A stretch of 64,000 nucleotides of DNA from Candidatus Obscuribacteraceae bacterium. GTDB lineage: Bacteria > Cyanobacteriota > Vampirovibrionia > Obscuribacterales > Obscuribacteraceae. The first letter of the stretch is position 1. Each line of letters begins with the position of its first letter. The notes under the pieces are model-generated. The model saw only the letters and a list, made by a program, of their open reading frames with translations, searched no databases and had not been told where the DNA came from. Position numbers and translations under genes: made by a program. Location: NCBI GenBank assembly GCA_044226015.1, contig JBGAHS010000001.1:1088001-1152000 (forward strand), in the 5' to 3' direction. This document shows, piece after piece, positions 30,196 to 40,700 of this stretch.

Positions 30196-31296
30196 CTATT
30201 TTTTCTTCTTCTTCTTGCTGCTTGCTGGCTTGTCTTTAGTCGCGTCGCCTGTGTTCTCGCTCTTCTCTGTCGATTTCTGGCCCGGTGCGGGTCCTTTGAG
30301 TGAGTACATGTACTTCTGGTTCCATGCAATTTCAGGGTCGTCTGGCGCAATTTTTAGCGCGGTGTCGATTTCTTTTCTAGCGTTGTCTCTGTCGCCCTTG
30401 TAGAACATCGCAACAGCTTTGTAGTAATGCCCATTTGCATTCATCGGGTCGATATCGAGCGCTTTGTTGTATTGATTCATCGCTTCATCGAAATCACCAC
30501 GAGCAGCATAAGCGCGCCCCAGATTTACTCGTGCGGGAGCGAAATCTTCTAGATTTGCGACTAGCTCTTCGTAGTCATTAAGCGCTTCTTTGTCTTTTTT
30601 CGCTGCAGCCATTTTAAATTCTTCGGCATATTTGTCTTTGATTTTTGGTTTCGGTCCGTAAATCAGCGCCTCTGGTTTAGGTGTTAGTTTTGCAGGAACA
30701 CCTTTAATTGCGCCGAGATCCACATCGGCAAATGTTCGTCGGTCGCCTGCAGGCACTGAGCCAGGAAGCTCAACAATTCCTTCTTTCAGAGTGGTGTCAG
30801 AAGGGTCTGCAATTCTGTAGCTGACTTTTATGTGTCGAATTGGTGCAGGGTTGAGGTTGATGACCTGTACATTCACAACTGCTGTTGTATCTTTGACTGT
30901 CGGTTTCTCGAAGTTCACATCAATGTTTTCCATCGCAGAAACATTGTCGTAATTGATGATGTAATTGACGAGATAGTACATCGCGCCAGCAGTGCCGATG
31001 CCGAGCAAAGCAATTATCAGGTTGAACAGTTTGGTTTTTGCACCACCAACTTTGTCCGACTTTGCATGATTGACGAAAAAGTTTGTTTTGAGTCCGCCAG
31101 CGTGACCCGCCTTACTCAGCTCTGACTCTTTCAGTGTGGGCTCAACGCCAAGCGAACGAAGTCCGTTAATCGCATCCTGATTATCAGGGTCGAGATCTAA
31201 GACTGCTTCGTACTCACGAATGGCGTCATCTGATTGCCCCTGGAAATGGAGTCTCTTAGCTGTTTTTAGATGCTCCAGAGCAGACCGTTCCGACAT
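30196..31296 (-). CDS. TPR-containing membrane protein
   Basis: N-terminal TPR, one TM segment, beta-rich middle domain, C-terminal TPRs (NLGRAYAARGDFDEAMNQYNKALDIDP). Confidence 0.8.
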   Translation of the reverse strand: MSERSALEHLKTAKRLHFQGQSDDAIREYEAVLDLDPDNQDAINGLRSLGVEPTLKESELSKAGHAGGLKTNFFVNHAKSDKVGGAKTKLFNLIIALLGIGTAGAMYYLVNYIINYDNVSAMENIDVNFEKPTVKDTTAVVNVQVINLNPAPIRHIKVSYRIADPSDTTLKEGIVELPGSVPAGDRRTFADVDLGAIKGVPAKLTPKPEALIYGPKPKIKDKYAEEFKMAAAKKDKEALNDYEELVANLEDFAPARVNLGRAYAARGDFDEAMNQYNKALDIDPMNANGHYYKAVAMFYKGDRDNARKEIDTALKIAPDDPEIAWNQKYMYSLKGPAPGQKSTEKSENTGDATKDKPASSKKKKKK

Positions 31297-31318
31297 TCTT
31301 TGTCTCCCTTATTAGAAC

Positions 31319-32497
31319 TTACTGACCGCTCGGCGCGCGGAAATTGTTCACATAATCCAATCTTAGCTTGCCATCGTTATCCTGGTAATACTGTTGCAAA
31401 ATTTGGTCGAAACGCCAGCCTTTCATTGCCAGCATGTTGGCCCCGTGTTGGCTGAGTCCGCGGGCGCCGTTTCCTGGACCTCGGTAGGTGAATATCCAGT
31501 TGCTTCCCGACTCTTGAACGTCAAGAATGCCGGCGGTGCTGAAGCCCAGCATCTTTGCCAGTGCGACTCCGTAGACTTCTCGGGACTTCTTATAGCCCAT
31601 AACCTGTATGGAGTCAGCGTTTCCGGTGTTAGGGTCCCAGCGCTTTATAGTGACGCCTACAATCTTGGGCACGCCTGTTATTTTCTCCAGCAAAACCTTG
31701 CTGACTACCGATTTGCGGATGTTCAGGTTCTCCATTTCATCGCCTACCCAGGCGCGATAGAAACCTGGCTTTACTTTGCCGGAGTCTTTCAGAATCAGCC
31801 CTCTGGTCATCATGACTGCCTGGAACGTGCTCGCTGCTTCGCGTCCCATGCCTTTGTAAGCCTGGTCTCGCACATCGGGAACCAAGTCAAAGCCTTCACT
31901 TTTCCACTTCGAGCCAGTTCCCATATGGGCCCAGGCATAACTGCGTGCTGCTACTGCCTGTGCTTTCAGAGCCTCGGGATGCCAACTGGCAGGCATTTCT
32001 GAGGGAACAACACCCAGCAAATAATCTTCCAGGTCGGTCAAATCAATCATTGTGACTGAGTTTCCGAGTCTGATTAACTCAAGAGAACCTCTGTACCAGG
32101 CATTAGCAGCCCAGAATCGATAGTCGGAAGCTGTGACGTGCACTCGCTGTCCGCCCGGAATCTGGTAAAAGCGACCTGTTCCCAGTTCGGTGATGCATCC
32201 GCTAGATATTGAATAGGGTAGCCCTGGCTTGAGTTCAAACACTGGCTTACCATTTAGGAAAACAAAGCCGTTCGACCAGATTGCAAACCTGCCCACTGGC
32301 ACCCGAACCGCGATTCCGATTCTTATTGGGTTCATCATTGGCGGGTAAGGCAAAAATGTTGCGCTCAGGCTCTTCCCGCCGCTCGATGCTGCAGCAGGTT
32401 TAGTTTTAGCGAGGGCGCCCTGCTGCGCGATAGACGCCAGCAGCAGTCCGGCTATTGCCAGACCTGTTCCAATTTTTCTTTCCCTCGAGCCTGCCAC
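31319..32497 (-). CDS. SpoIID/LytB-domain protein (peptidoglycan lytic transglycosylase-like)
   Basis: LEDYLLGVVPSEMPASWHPEALKAQAVAARSYA, DQAYKG, GLSQHGA...ILQQYY; signal peptide. Confidence 0.9.
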   Translation of the reverse strand: MAGSRERKIGTGLAIAGLLLASIAQQGALAKTKPAAASSGGKSLSATFLPYPPMMNPIRIGIAVRVPVGRFAIWSNGFVFLNGKPVFELKPGLPYSISSGCITELGTGRFYQIPGGQRVHVTASDYRFWAANAWYRGSLELIRLGNSVTMIDLTDLEDYLLGVVPSEMPASWHPEALKAQAVAARSYAWAHMGTGSKWKSEGFDLVPDVRDQAYKGMGREAASTFQAVMMTRGLILKDSGKVKPGFYRAWVGDEMENLNIRKSVVSKVLLEKITGVPKIVGVTIKRWDPNTGNADSIQVMGYKKSREVYGVALAKMLGFSTAGILDVQESGSNWIFTYRGPGNGARGLSQHGANMLAMKGWRFDQILQQYYQDNDGKLRLDYVNNFRAPSGQ

Positions 32498-32658
32498 GAT
32501 TTTGTCTGCGCTGAATTCGGTTAATGTGTTGAAGCGGTCAATAAATGTGATTTATATGACATCTTCTCAGAAATAGGGCTTATTTTTCAATATCAATGAG
32601 CCCTCTCGATGATACTATGAGTGCCGTCTGTCGTTGCTAGAAGCGAAATGTTGCCAGT

Positions 32659-33342
32659 ATGAAAAGTATTTTGATAGTTGACGACGAAGTCGATATCGCG
32701 AACTCAATTCAGTATGTTCTCAAGCAGGAAGGATATTCCATTCTGCTTGCTCACGATGGACTTCAAGCCATGCAGGTTATCGAGAACCAGCACCCTGATC
32801 TCGTGATTTTGGATGTGATGATGCCTGGCATCGATGGTTACGAAGTTTGTCGAAGAGTCAGGGCAACGGACAAAAAGACACCGATTCTCATGTTGACAGC
32901 CCGGACTTCAGAAGTTGACACTGTCGTTGGTCTGGAACTCGGTGCCAATGACTACATTGCCAAGCCGGTGCGCTTGCGCGAGCTGGTGGCGCGAGTAAAG
33001 GCGCAGTTGCGCGAAATGCCGACCGAAAAACCAGTTAACAGAGAAATCAAAGCTGGTGATTTGAGCATAGACCTCGACAGCCGCATTGTGAAAATCAAGG
33101 GTGAAACAATTGAACTGACGTTCAAAGAATTTGAGTTGCTCGCGACAATGGCGAAACAGCCGAATAGAGTGTTCACACGTGACCAGTTGTTCTCGCAGGT
33201 TTGGGGTTCGAGCTTTCTGGGCGAGAGCAGAACTGTTGATGTTCACATCAGATATTTGCGTGAGAAACTTGAAGTTGACCCGAGCCATCCCAAGCACATT
33301 TTGACAGTGCGCGGTGTTGGCTATCGATTTATTTGGGAATAG
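32659..33342 (+). CDS. Orphan OmpR-family response regulator
   Basis: ILIVDDE, DLVILDVMMP, GANDYIAKP, RTVDVHIRYLREKLE, TVRGVGYRF. Confidence 0.95.
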   Translation: MKSILIVDDEVDIANSIQYVLKQEGYSILLAHDGLQAMQVIENQHPDLVILDVMMPGIDGYEVCRRVRATDKKTPILMLTARTSEVDTVVGLELGANDYIAKPVRLRELVARVKAQLREMPTEKPVNREIKAGDLSIDLDSRIVKIKGETIELTFKEFELLATMAKQPNRVFTRDQLFSQVWGSSFLGESRTVDVHIRYLREKLEVDPSHPKHILTVRGVGYRFIWE

Positions 33343-33430
33343 TGCAGCCACCGTATTTGGTGCCACGCGGCATCAGAATACAACCCTTTTCAAATTCAAG
33401 CATGGGGCTAACAAGTGCTAATATCTTGCT

Positions 33431-34636
33431 ATGACTAATCAATCTGAAAGACCCCATCGCCCTTTTTTGCCTGAAGCACCTTCTGAACTCTTTATCAGAG
33501 CTGCCCAGGAACTCGTGCATGAGCAGCTCTTGCATCAGAACGAATTGCACATATCGAACTCTGCGCTAGAGCGACTCTTGTGCCTTCCTGCGGGCTCTGG
33601 TGTGATACTAACACCAAATCACGCCGACGAGACAGACCCCCGGGTCTGCCTGGAACTGTCGCATCAAAGCAAGAAACAATTCGTCTCGATGTGCAATCGA
33701 GAAGCTTTCGATGAGTTATTTGGACTGGCTGGTTTTGTGCTGCGTCGCCTCGGACATTTTTCTATTGAGCGAGGCGCTCACGATCAACCCGCGCTCGACC
33801 ATGCAATCGAGGTCGTCAGTCAGGGCGATAAAGTGTTGGTGATTTTTCCAGAGGGCGAAATTTTCTATCTCAATGAAAGAGTGCAGAATTTCCACGCCGG
33901 TGCCATCGAAATAGGAATGCAAGCTCTTTTGAAGAATGGTGAACAGCTTCGCGAGATATTTATTTTGCCGATGGCTATCAAATATCACTATACTCAGCCA
34001 ATCGATGCCACCATCGCGCGTCATATTTATCGTATGGAGAATCAGCTCCTCTTGCCTCACAGCGAAAAGCCTGCTGCTGAGCGACTGTTTGCTATTCAGA
34101 AGAAATTGTTCGAAATTGAAGCTCTGCATCAGGGAGTAGAATTGAAATTCGACGAAAGCAAACCGCTTTCGGAGCATGTGCAGGTCTTACAGAGAGCTGT
34201 AATTGATGCTATCGAAGCACGTCATGCGAACTTGCATACCTATCAAAAGCAGATTATTGATCAAACATGGCAATTGCAAGCAGAATTGCGGGAAGCCATT
34301 GATGTGACCCAGAATAATACTGAAAAAGAAGAGATGCAAAAAGATCTGGAAGCACTGGAGAAAATGGCTCGGCTCACGAGTTGGCGTCCATCTTACTACC
34401 GTGAAGAGCCCAGCGATGATCGCATGGCTGAAGCCCTTATGAAAATCGAGCGTGAACTCTATCGCGTCAAGCGTCCACACCAGCTGGCCCGGCGCCGTGT
34501 GTCTGTGGACATTTCACAAGCAATTGCTCTATCTGATTACAAGGCTGCGTATCAAGCTGATCCAAAAACAGTGCGGCACCAGCTGACCGAAGATTTGCAC
34601 AATCGTGTCCAAGCCATGGTTGATAAATTGCGTTAA
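33431..34636 (+). CDS. PlsC-like phospholipid/glycerol acyltransferase
   Basis: PNHADETD (HX4D), FSIERG, LVIFPEGE, ILPMAIKY. Confidence 0.88.
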   Translation: MTNQSERPHRPFLPEAPSELFIRAAQELVHEQLLHQNELHISNSALERLLCLPAGSGVILTPNHADETDPRVCLELSHQSKKQFVSMCNREAFDELFGLAGFVLRRLGHFSIERGAHDQPALDHAIEVVSQGDKVLVIFPEGEIFYLNERVQNFHAGAIEIGMQALLKNGEQLREIFILPMAIKYHYTQPIDATIARHIYRMENQLLLPHSEKPAAERLFAIQKKLFEIEALHQGVELKFDESKPLSEHVQVLQRAVIDAIEARHANLHTYQKQIIDQTWQLQAELREAIDVTQNNTEKEEMQKDLEALEKMARLTSWRPSYYREEPSDDRMAEALMKIERELYRVKRPHQLARRRVSVDISQAIALSDYKAAYQADPKTVRHQLTEDLHNRVQAMVDKLR

Positions 34637-34785
34637 GCGCTCATCTGAGCTGTGGTGATAGATGAAACGGGCTTCTGTCGGTTTTAAGTAACGGTATTTG
34701 AATTTGTCGCTGCTTCGGTACTATGTCTAGGCTTTTTGGGGAATTTAGTTACTAGCTAGCGTTTTTCCCAAAGAGAGCAAGAAGT

Positions 34786-37700
34786 ATGCCAGATCCTAAA
34801 TCAGATTCGGTCAGCCCAGCAACGGATGCTGAAAAATCTGAAAAGACAGTCAGCGCGTCGCAAAGTCAGGCTGTTAAGGACCTGGAGCAGGCTGCGGAGC
34901 AAAGCAAGCTCAGGGACTTGCCACGGTCGAAAACCGCGAAGTACACAGGCAATCTCTATACAAATTTGACGCTAAATCACCATACTGGCGAAGTCAGGAA
35001 GATGCTTCCTGGCAAAGCTAATGTGGCAGATGAATCCGAGTCAAAAGACAAAAAAACTTCCAAGAATGGAGACACTAATTCGTCGGAAGCTGCGGCGGCA
35101 AAGCCGGATCTTGCGAGTGCCACCGCTAAAGCCGCTGGCGATGGAGTTGCTAACTTAATACGGAACTCCGATGGCAAAGTCTCTGACATTGAATATGCTA
35201 ATGGTCGCGATTTTGCCTCAATGAATTACGATGAACAGGGCAATCTGAAGTCTGTTAACGGTCCGATTGAAAATCTGCAAAAACAAGCTGATGGTTCCTG
35301 GCTGTCAACCAACATGGAGCCACCTGGCAAGTATGAGAATGTGACTGTCGATGAAAATGGCGTCATTACCATGTATGAAAAGGGAAAGAAGCCCTTCTCG
35401 ATTGATCCAAAATCTGACTTCAATGAACAGAGCGAAAAGAATGCCACACTGCAGAGTCTTCCGGATGGCGTAAATATAGGCAGAGATCAGCAAGGACGCG
35501 TAAGCGAGATTACATACGGTAATCAAACCGATGGCGCTTACATTCAATACGACAAGGATGGAAAGCCTGAACATATAAACGGTCCCATAGAAAATCTGCA
35601 GCGACAATCCGATGGCTCCTGGCTGTCTACGAATACTGATCCACCGAGCAAATACGAAAATGTTACCGTCGACGAAAATGGTGTAATTACTCTATATGAA
35701 GCAGGTGAGAAACCTTATTCAATCGATCCACGAACTGACTTTACTGCTGATACCGCTGGTAGTGGTGGTGAAATTGTATATCCGGATGGGACAAAAGCTG
35801 AAATAAGGCGCAATGAAAGCGGAGAAATCACGGAACTAACTTTACGTGATGGCATGCATTTGCTTAAGCAAGAAAATGGATGGCAAGCCGTAAATGAAAT
35901 GGGAGAAGGCATCGCCGGCAGCGCTGTTAAAGATGTGGATGTCGCGGAAGATGGCAGCATTAAATTAAGCGATTACCACAATAACACACTTGAATATAAG
36001 CCGGACGGTTCTCAAATTGAGGTCCGCAACGAGGGCTCAATGGTCGAGGTGGACATACATGGTCGGCCGACCAAGGTGACTCTTCCGAGTCCTGCGCATG
36101 GCGCCACTTCTTTCGAGTACAACGATGAAGGCGAACTTGCAAGCATTGATTATGGCAATGGAAATAAATGGACTCATGAATCTGGAGAGACATGGAAGAA
36201 CGATCAGGCAGGTACGACATGGCAAGGTGAAATCAGAGTTCTGAGTGACGGCACCTATAGTTATCGCGCCACGGGAGAAACAGAAGTACATACACAATTT
36301 CCTGATGGTTCCCGGATGACTATGGATGCATCTGGGTATCGAATCCAAACTAAAGATGGTGCGACAATATCCTCTAGCACAGACGATCGAATCAACAGTA
36401 TCGATTATGCAGGATCAAAAGTGCATAGAGACTTTGAATACGACAGCAAAGGAATCTCATCGGTCAGCTATCAAAATGATCTAAATGGTTTTAAGGACAC
36501 TTGGAAGAGGCAAGGTGATTCAAATTGGGTTCAATACGATGATTCCGGCAAACCTACAGGACAAACCTGGCAAGGCGAAATTGCAATAGACCAAGAAAAC
36601 GGCGAATACATTTATCAAAGCAAAGGCTCCAGTGAATATGTTGTTGAACGTCCTGACGGTTCGATCGTCAAGGCTGATGGCAACCACGTTACTGAAGTCA
36701 CGCGGTCAAATGGTGAAACAATCAGTTTCAACAAATATTCGGATCAGGGATATCTCACAGCCTACAAAGATAGCAGCGGTTCGTGGACAAGCGAAGATGG
36801 CATCAAATGGCGCAACCAGGACGGAGACACAAGAATTGAATCGGTCACTGTTGATAGTGAAGGAACTATCAGTATCAACAACGGCGGGGAAACAAAGAAA
36901 CTGCTTAGCAATGGTGCTGAAGTAGACGTAGATAACGCAAGCGATGCAAAAAAATTCTACGATGCGCAAGGACAGCTCACTGAAACGATTGATCCAAACA
37001 ACAATATTTATAAGTTCACCTATAACGATGCAGCTGCTGGGTCCGAAGCCCAGCTAGCCTCTGTGACAGAGCCAGACGGAATCACCTGGACGCCGAAGGA
37101 AAAAACGCAGCTGGGGCCACTCGACACAATTGCTTCCATATTCGGGGGCAACAAGCAGGTCTGGGTATCGGCTGATGGGCAATACGAGAAAGTCGGAGAC
37201 TACTCTATAAACCAGAGGGATGGAAGTCTCACCTTTAAAGATGAGAGCACGAAAATAGAAACGACGGTTCGTCCAGACGGCACTCATACAACAAAAGACG
37301 AAAATCTTAAGAGTGAGACATATGGTCAGGTCAAGACTACTGATGCAAATGGCAATGAGAAGGTTGACACGCCTGCTGTTGATCGCAAGGAAATAGAAAC
37401 AGCGGCAAAGGCTTTCCACGATGCTATCGGTTTGATGGAAGCCACCACTGACACCGATCTGATGAAGACCATGCTGAAGGGCAGGTCAGAAGCCGAAATT
37501 ACAGTGATGGATGACTATTACAAGACTAACTACGGCGTATCGCTGAAGGAAGCCATAGCCGCAAGCACATCAGGTCCCGATAAAATTGAGTTGGAGAATC
37601 TTGTCGATCACGTCGATGGTCAGGACGACAATGCTGGATTCATAGAAGTGAAACTTGCTGAATTGGCAGAAACTAAGTATCTCGATCCTAAAGCCATTGA

Positions 37701-40700
37701 TGCTATTGGAACTGAGATTCGGCAAAAACTTGCATCGATGAATTCTGAGCAGATAGCACAAATGAACGCTGATTTTGCGAAGGAAGACCCTGAGCACAGA
37801 ACGGTACTTCAAGCCATTAGCGATAATCCAAAAATTTCTCAGGCGACAAAAGATGCCGTTGCTGTTTACGCCAGGGGGACGGACCAACTCACCCAAAAAG
37901 ATTATCAATCGATTGTCGAACAGTCCTTGACGAATGGCGATCTGCAACAGTTTAAGGAATCTATTGCGCATATGTCGGCAGAAGCACGGCAAGACTTTAT
38001 GGCGAACGGTGGTGAAAGCAAAATAAGTGAAGCCTTCTCGCATTGGTACGATTCTGATGAATTTGTTTCAGCGCTTGATTATGCAAGAAACGGTCGTGAA
38101 AGCCTTGCTCATAAGATAGCTACTGAAACCGGCAATTTGAATGACAACGAAGCAGGAATTGAAGCCGCCGTTAATGAGATGTCCGATGCTGACCATAGAG
38201 CTTTTGCAGAGGGGCGCAAAATATTTGCTGAAAAGGGAGCTGATGCTGACCCCAGTTCAATGACAGCTGAACAAAGAGACTCATATCAATATTACAAAGA
38301 AGCGCATGCGGCATTCCAAAGCGCGGGCAACCAATCTGAAGTCTTGAAATGGGAAGACAAAGCGATTGCGGGCGGCGAAGGAACAATCATTTCTAAAGCA
38401 CTTAGCCATGCTGGAACCGTTTATGACGACAAGATGGGAGCTGTCATTGCTGATATCGAAAATATGAGCGAGAAAGACTTCAATGAATTCAAGAATAATC
38501 CAGATTTTCAAAATCGCCTTCAAGAGATGTACTCGACCTATTTGAATGCAGATGAAATGGCTCGAGTACAGGAAGTCATGGATAAGAAGGTGCAAGCTGA
38601 GGATTTTGATGCGGCATCACAAGCAAGACGCCCCTTTGCAGAAGCAGTCGCAGATGCAATTGATGCTGGAGACGAAAAAGCGTTTCTGGAAGCAATTGCG
38701 ACGATGACGCCATCTGACCGGGCTGATTTTCAAAATAATAAAGATGGAATCAGAGATGCCGTCAAAAGCTATGCATCTGACAGCGGCACTCAAGCCGCGG
38801 TTGATTACTTAAGTGCGAAGATAGCGCGTGGTGAAGAAACGAGTAAGGACGATATTGTTGTTAAAGCAAGCATTCATTATGCGACTGAAACTTTTGTCGA
38901 TGAGGCTCAAGTTACAAGCGAGGTGTTGGATGCTTTTAAGAAGGATCCAACACTGCGAGATCGCATTATAAATCCTCAGAACGATGCTGACCGTGAGTTA
39001 GCCACTGCTTTTGGTACCGCACTCAGCTCTGCAATGGGTAGCTCCGATTACGAAGCTTACATAAAGCCGATTTTGGAAACAGGCGGTCTGACTTCCGAGG
39101 CTATGTCGAGCCTGTTCAAGGGGACGATTGATAGCAATGAGACCGGATTTTATGAAGCTTTGTCCTCCTTGCCGGCTGCTGAAAGAAAGAAAATGCAAGA
39201 TGACCCTGGCCAGTACATGTCATTCATGAGCGCGGAAGATCGTGCCGTTGCGATGAATATTCTTGCTCAAGACGGGAAAATGTCTCCTGAAGACAAAATT
39301 CGTGCTTATCAACTTGGTGCCGGGACAATGGAGAAGGAGATTAAAGAGATGCTCTCAACTATGTCGCCGGAAGAGATCGAACTAATGAAGCGCAACTATG
39401 CCAAAAAGTACGACTCTAATCTAAATGCAGATTTGATGAGTGAACTCTCTGGAAAAGATCTCAGAGATACAAATAAGATGCTTGAGCGTCCACAAAGCAG
39501 CGGGGAAGCTTTTAACGATGCACTCGATGACGCAAGAGATGTGCATACTGGTTCTGCTTCGCAGTATAGCGATTACTTCAATGGAACTGGCGAGAGCGTA
39601 GACGATGCCGCTATACAATTCGGGAAGACTGTAGCCGAGTATTCGAAGAACTTTCAAGAGCTGCCACCTGATATTCAAAAGCAACTTGTTGAGACAATGA
39701 AAACAGCTGTTGATGCGCACAAAGAGTCTAAAGAAGCGATGGCTGATGCCATGGTCAACGGAATTGTCACAGTCGCTGCAGTGGCTGGAGCACTCCCTAC
39801 TGGTGGTGTCAGTCTTGCCGGGGTTGGAGTTTTGGCGGCAGGTGGTGGTGCCTTCAAGGTAGCCGTGAAGAGCACCATGATGGGTGAATCATATGACTGG
39901 GATGCTAGTGCATATTCTGATTTTGCCTCTGGGGCTCTTGATGCTGCAGTTTCTGCATCTATAGCTGGAAAAGGGCTTGCAAACCTGGGCGAGGAAGCTG
40001 CAACTAAGACCGCGGAAGTGATGAGCAAGTCTGCCAGTGCCATGATGAAGGAAGGGGCAGATGCTGTTTTAGCCTCGGAGATCAAGAATGCAACGAAAAC
40101 TGCATTAGAGTCCGGAGCCAAAGAAATCTCAGAAGCAACCCTGGAGTCAATAGCAAAAGCCTATGCAAAACCTGGCATGGAAAAAGCATTTCAGCAGGAA
40201 CTTAAAGAAACGCTCGAAAAGGAGATTTTAGCCGAAACAAAGGATAGAGCAAAAGCAATTGCAATTGCATTTGCTGAAGAGGTTGGAGCTAGTGGTGTTG
40301 GTGGCTCCGCTGGTGGTGCAGCATCTGGAATAATGACCGCAGACTACGATTATGGCTTTCTTGGCAATTTGGAGAACATGGCTAAATCGGCAGCTCTGAG
40401 TGCCGCTACTGCTGCCGCTGGAACGGTTGCACTCAAAGGATTATTTTCTGTTGGAAGCGAACTTTACGCGGGTCTAAAAGGCATTGGCGGTAAATCGCTA
40501 GCTGACGATGCAATAACAGAAATGAACTCGCCTACAATACCTGATCCACCCCCGCCTACGATACCTGATCTTGAAAGTCCAACGATACCGCGCCTGAATC
40601 CCGCCACGATTCCGGTTTTAGAAGCGCCTGTTTCACAAGGTATGGAACCATTATCTATCTCGGATGTCGACACTCCGACATTAACGGATATAGAGCCAGT

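Noticed and set aside
31394..32002. 202-aa plus-strand ORF, and the many other short overlapping ORFs in the track
   Set aside because: They lie antisense or out of frame to well-supported genes and show no recognisable motifs.
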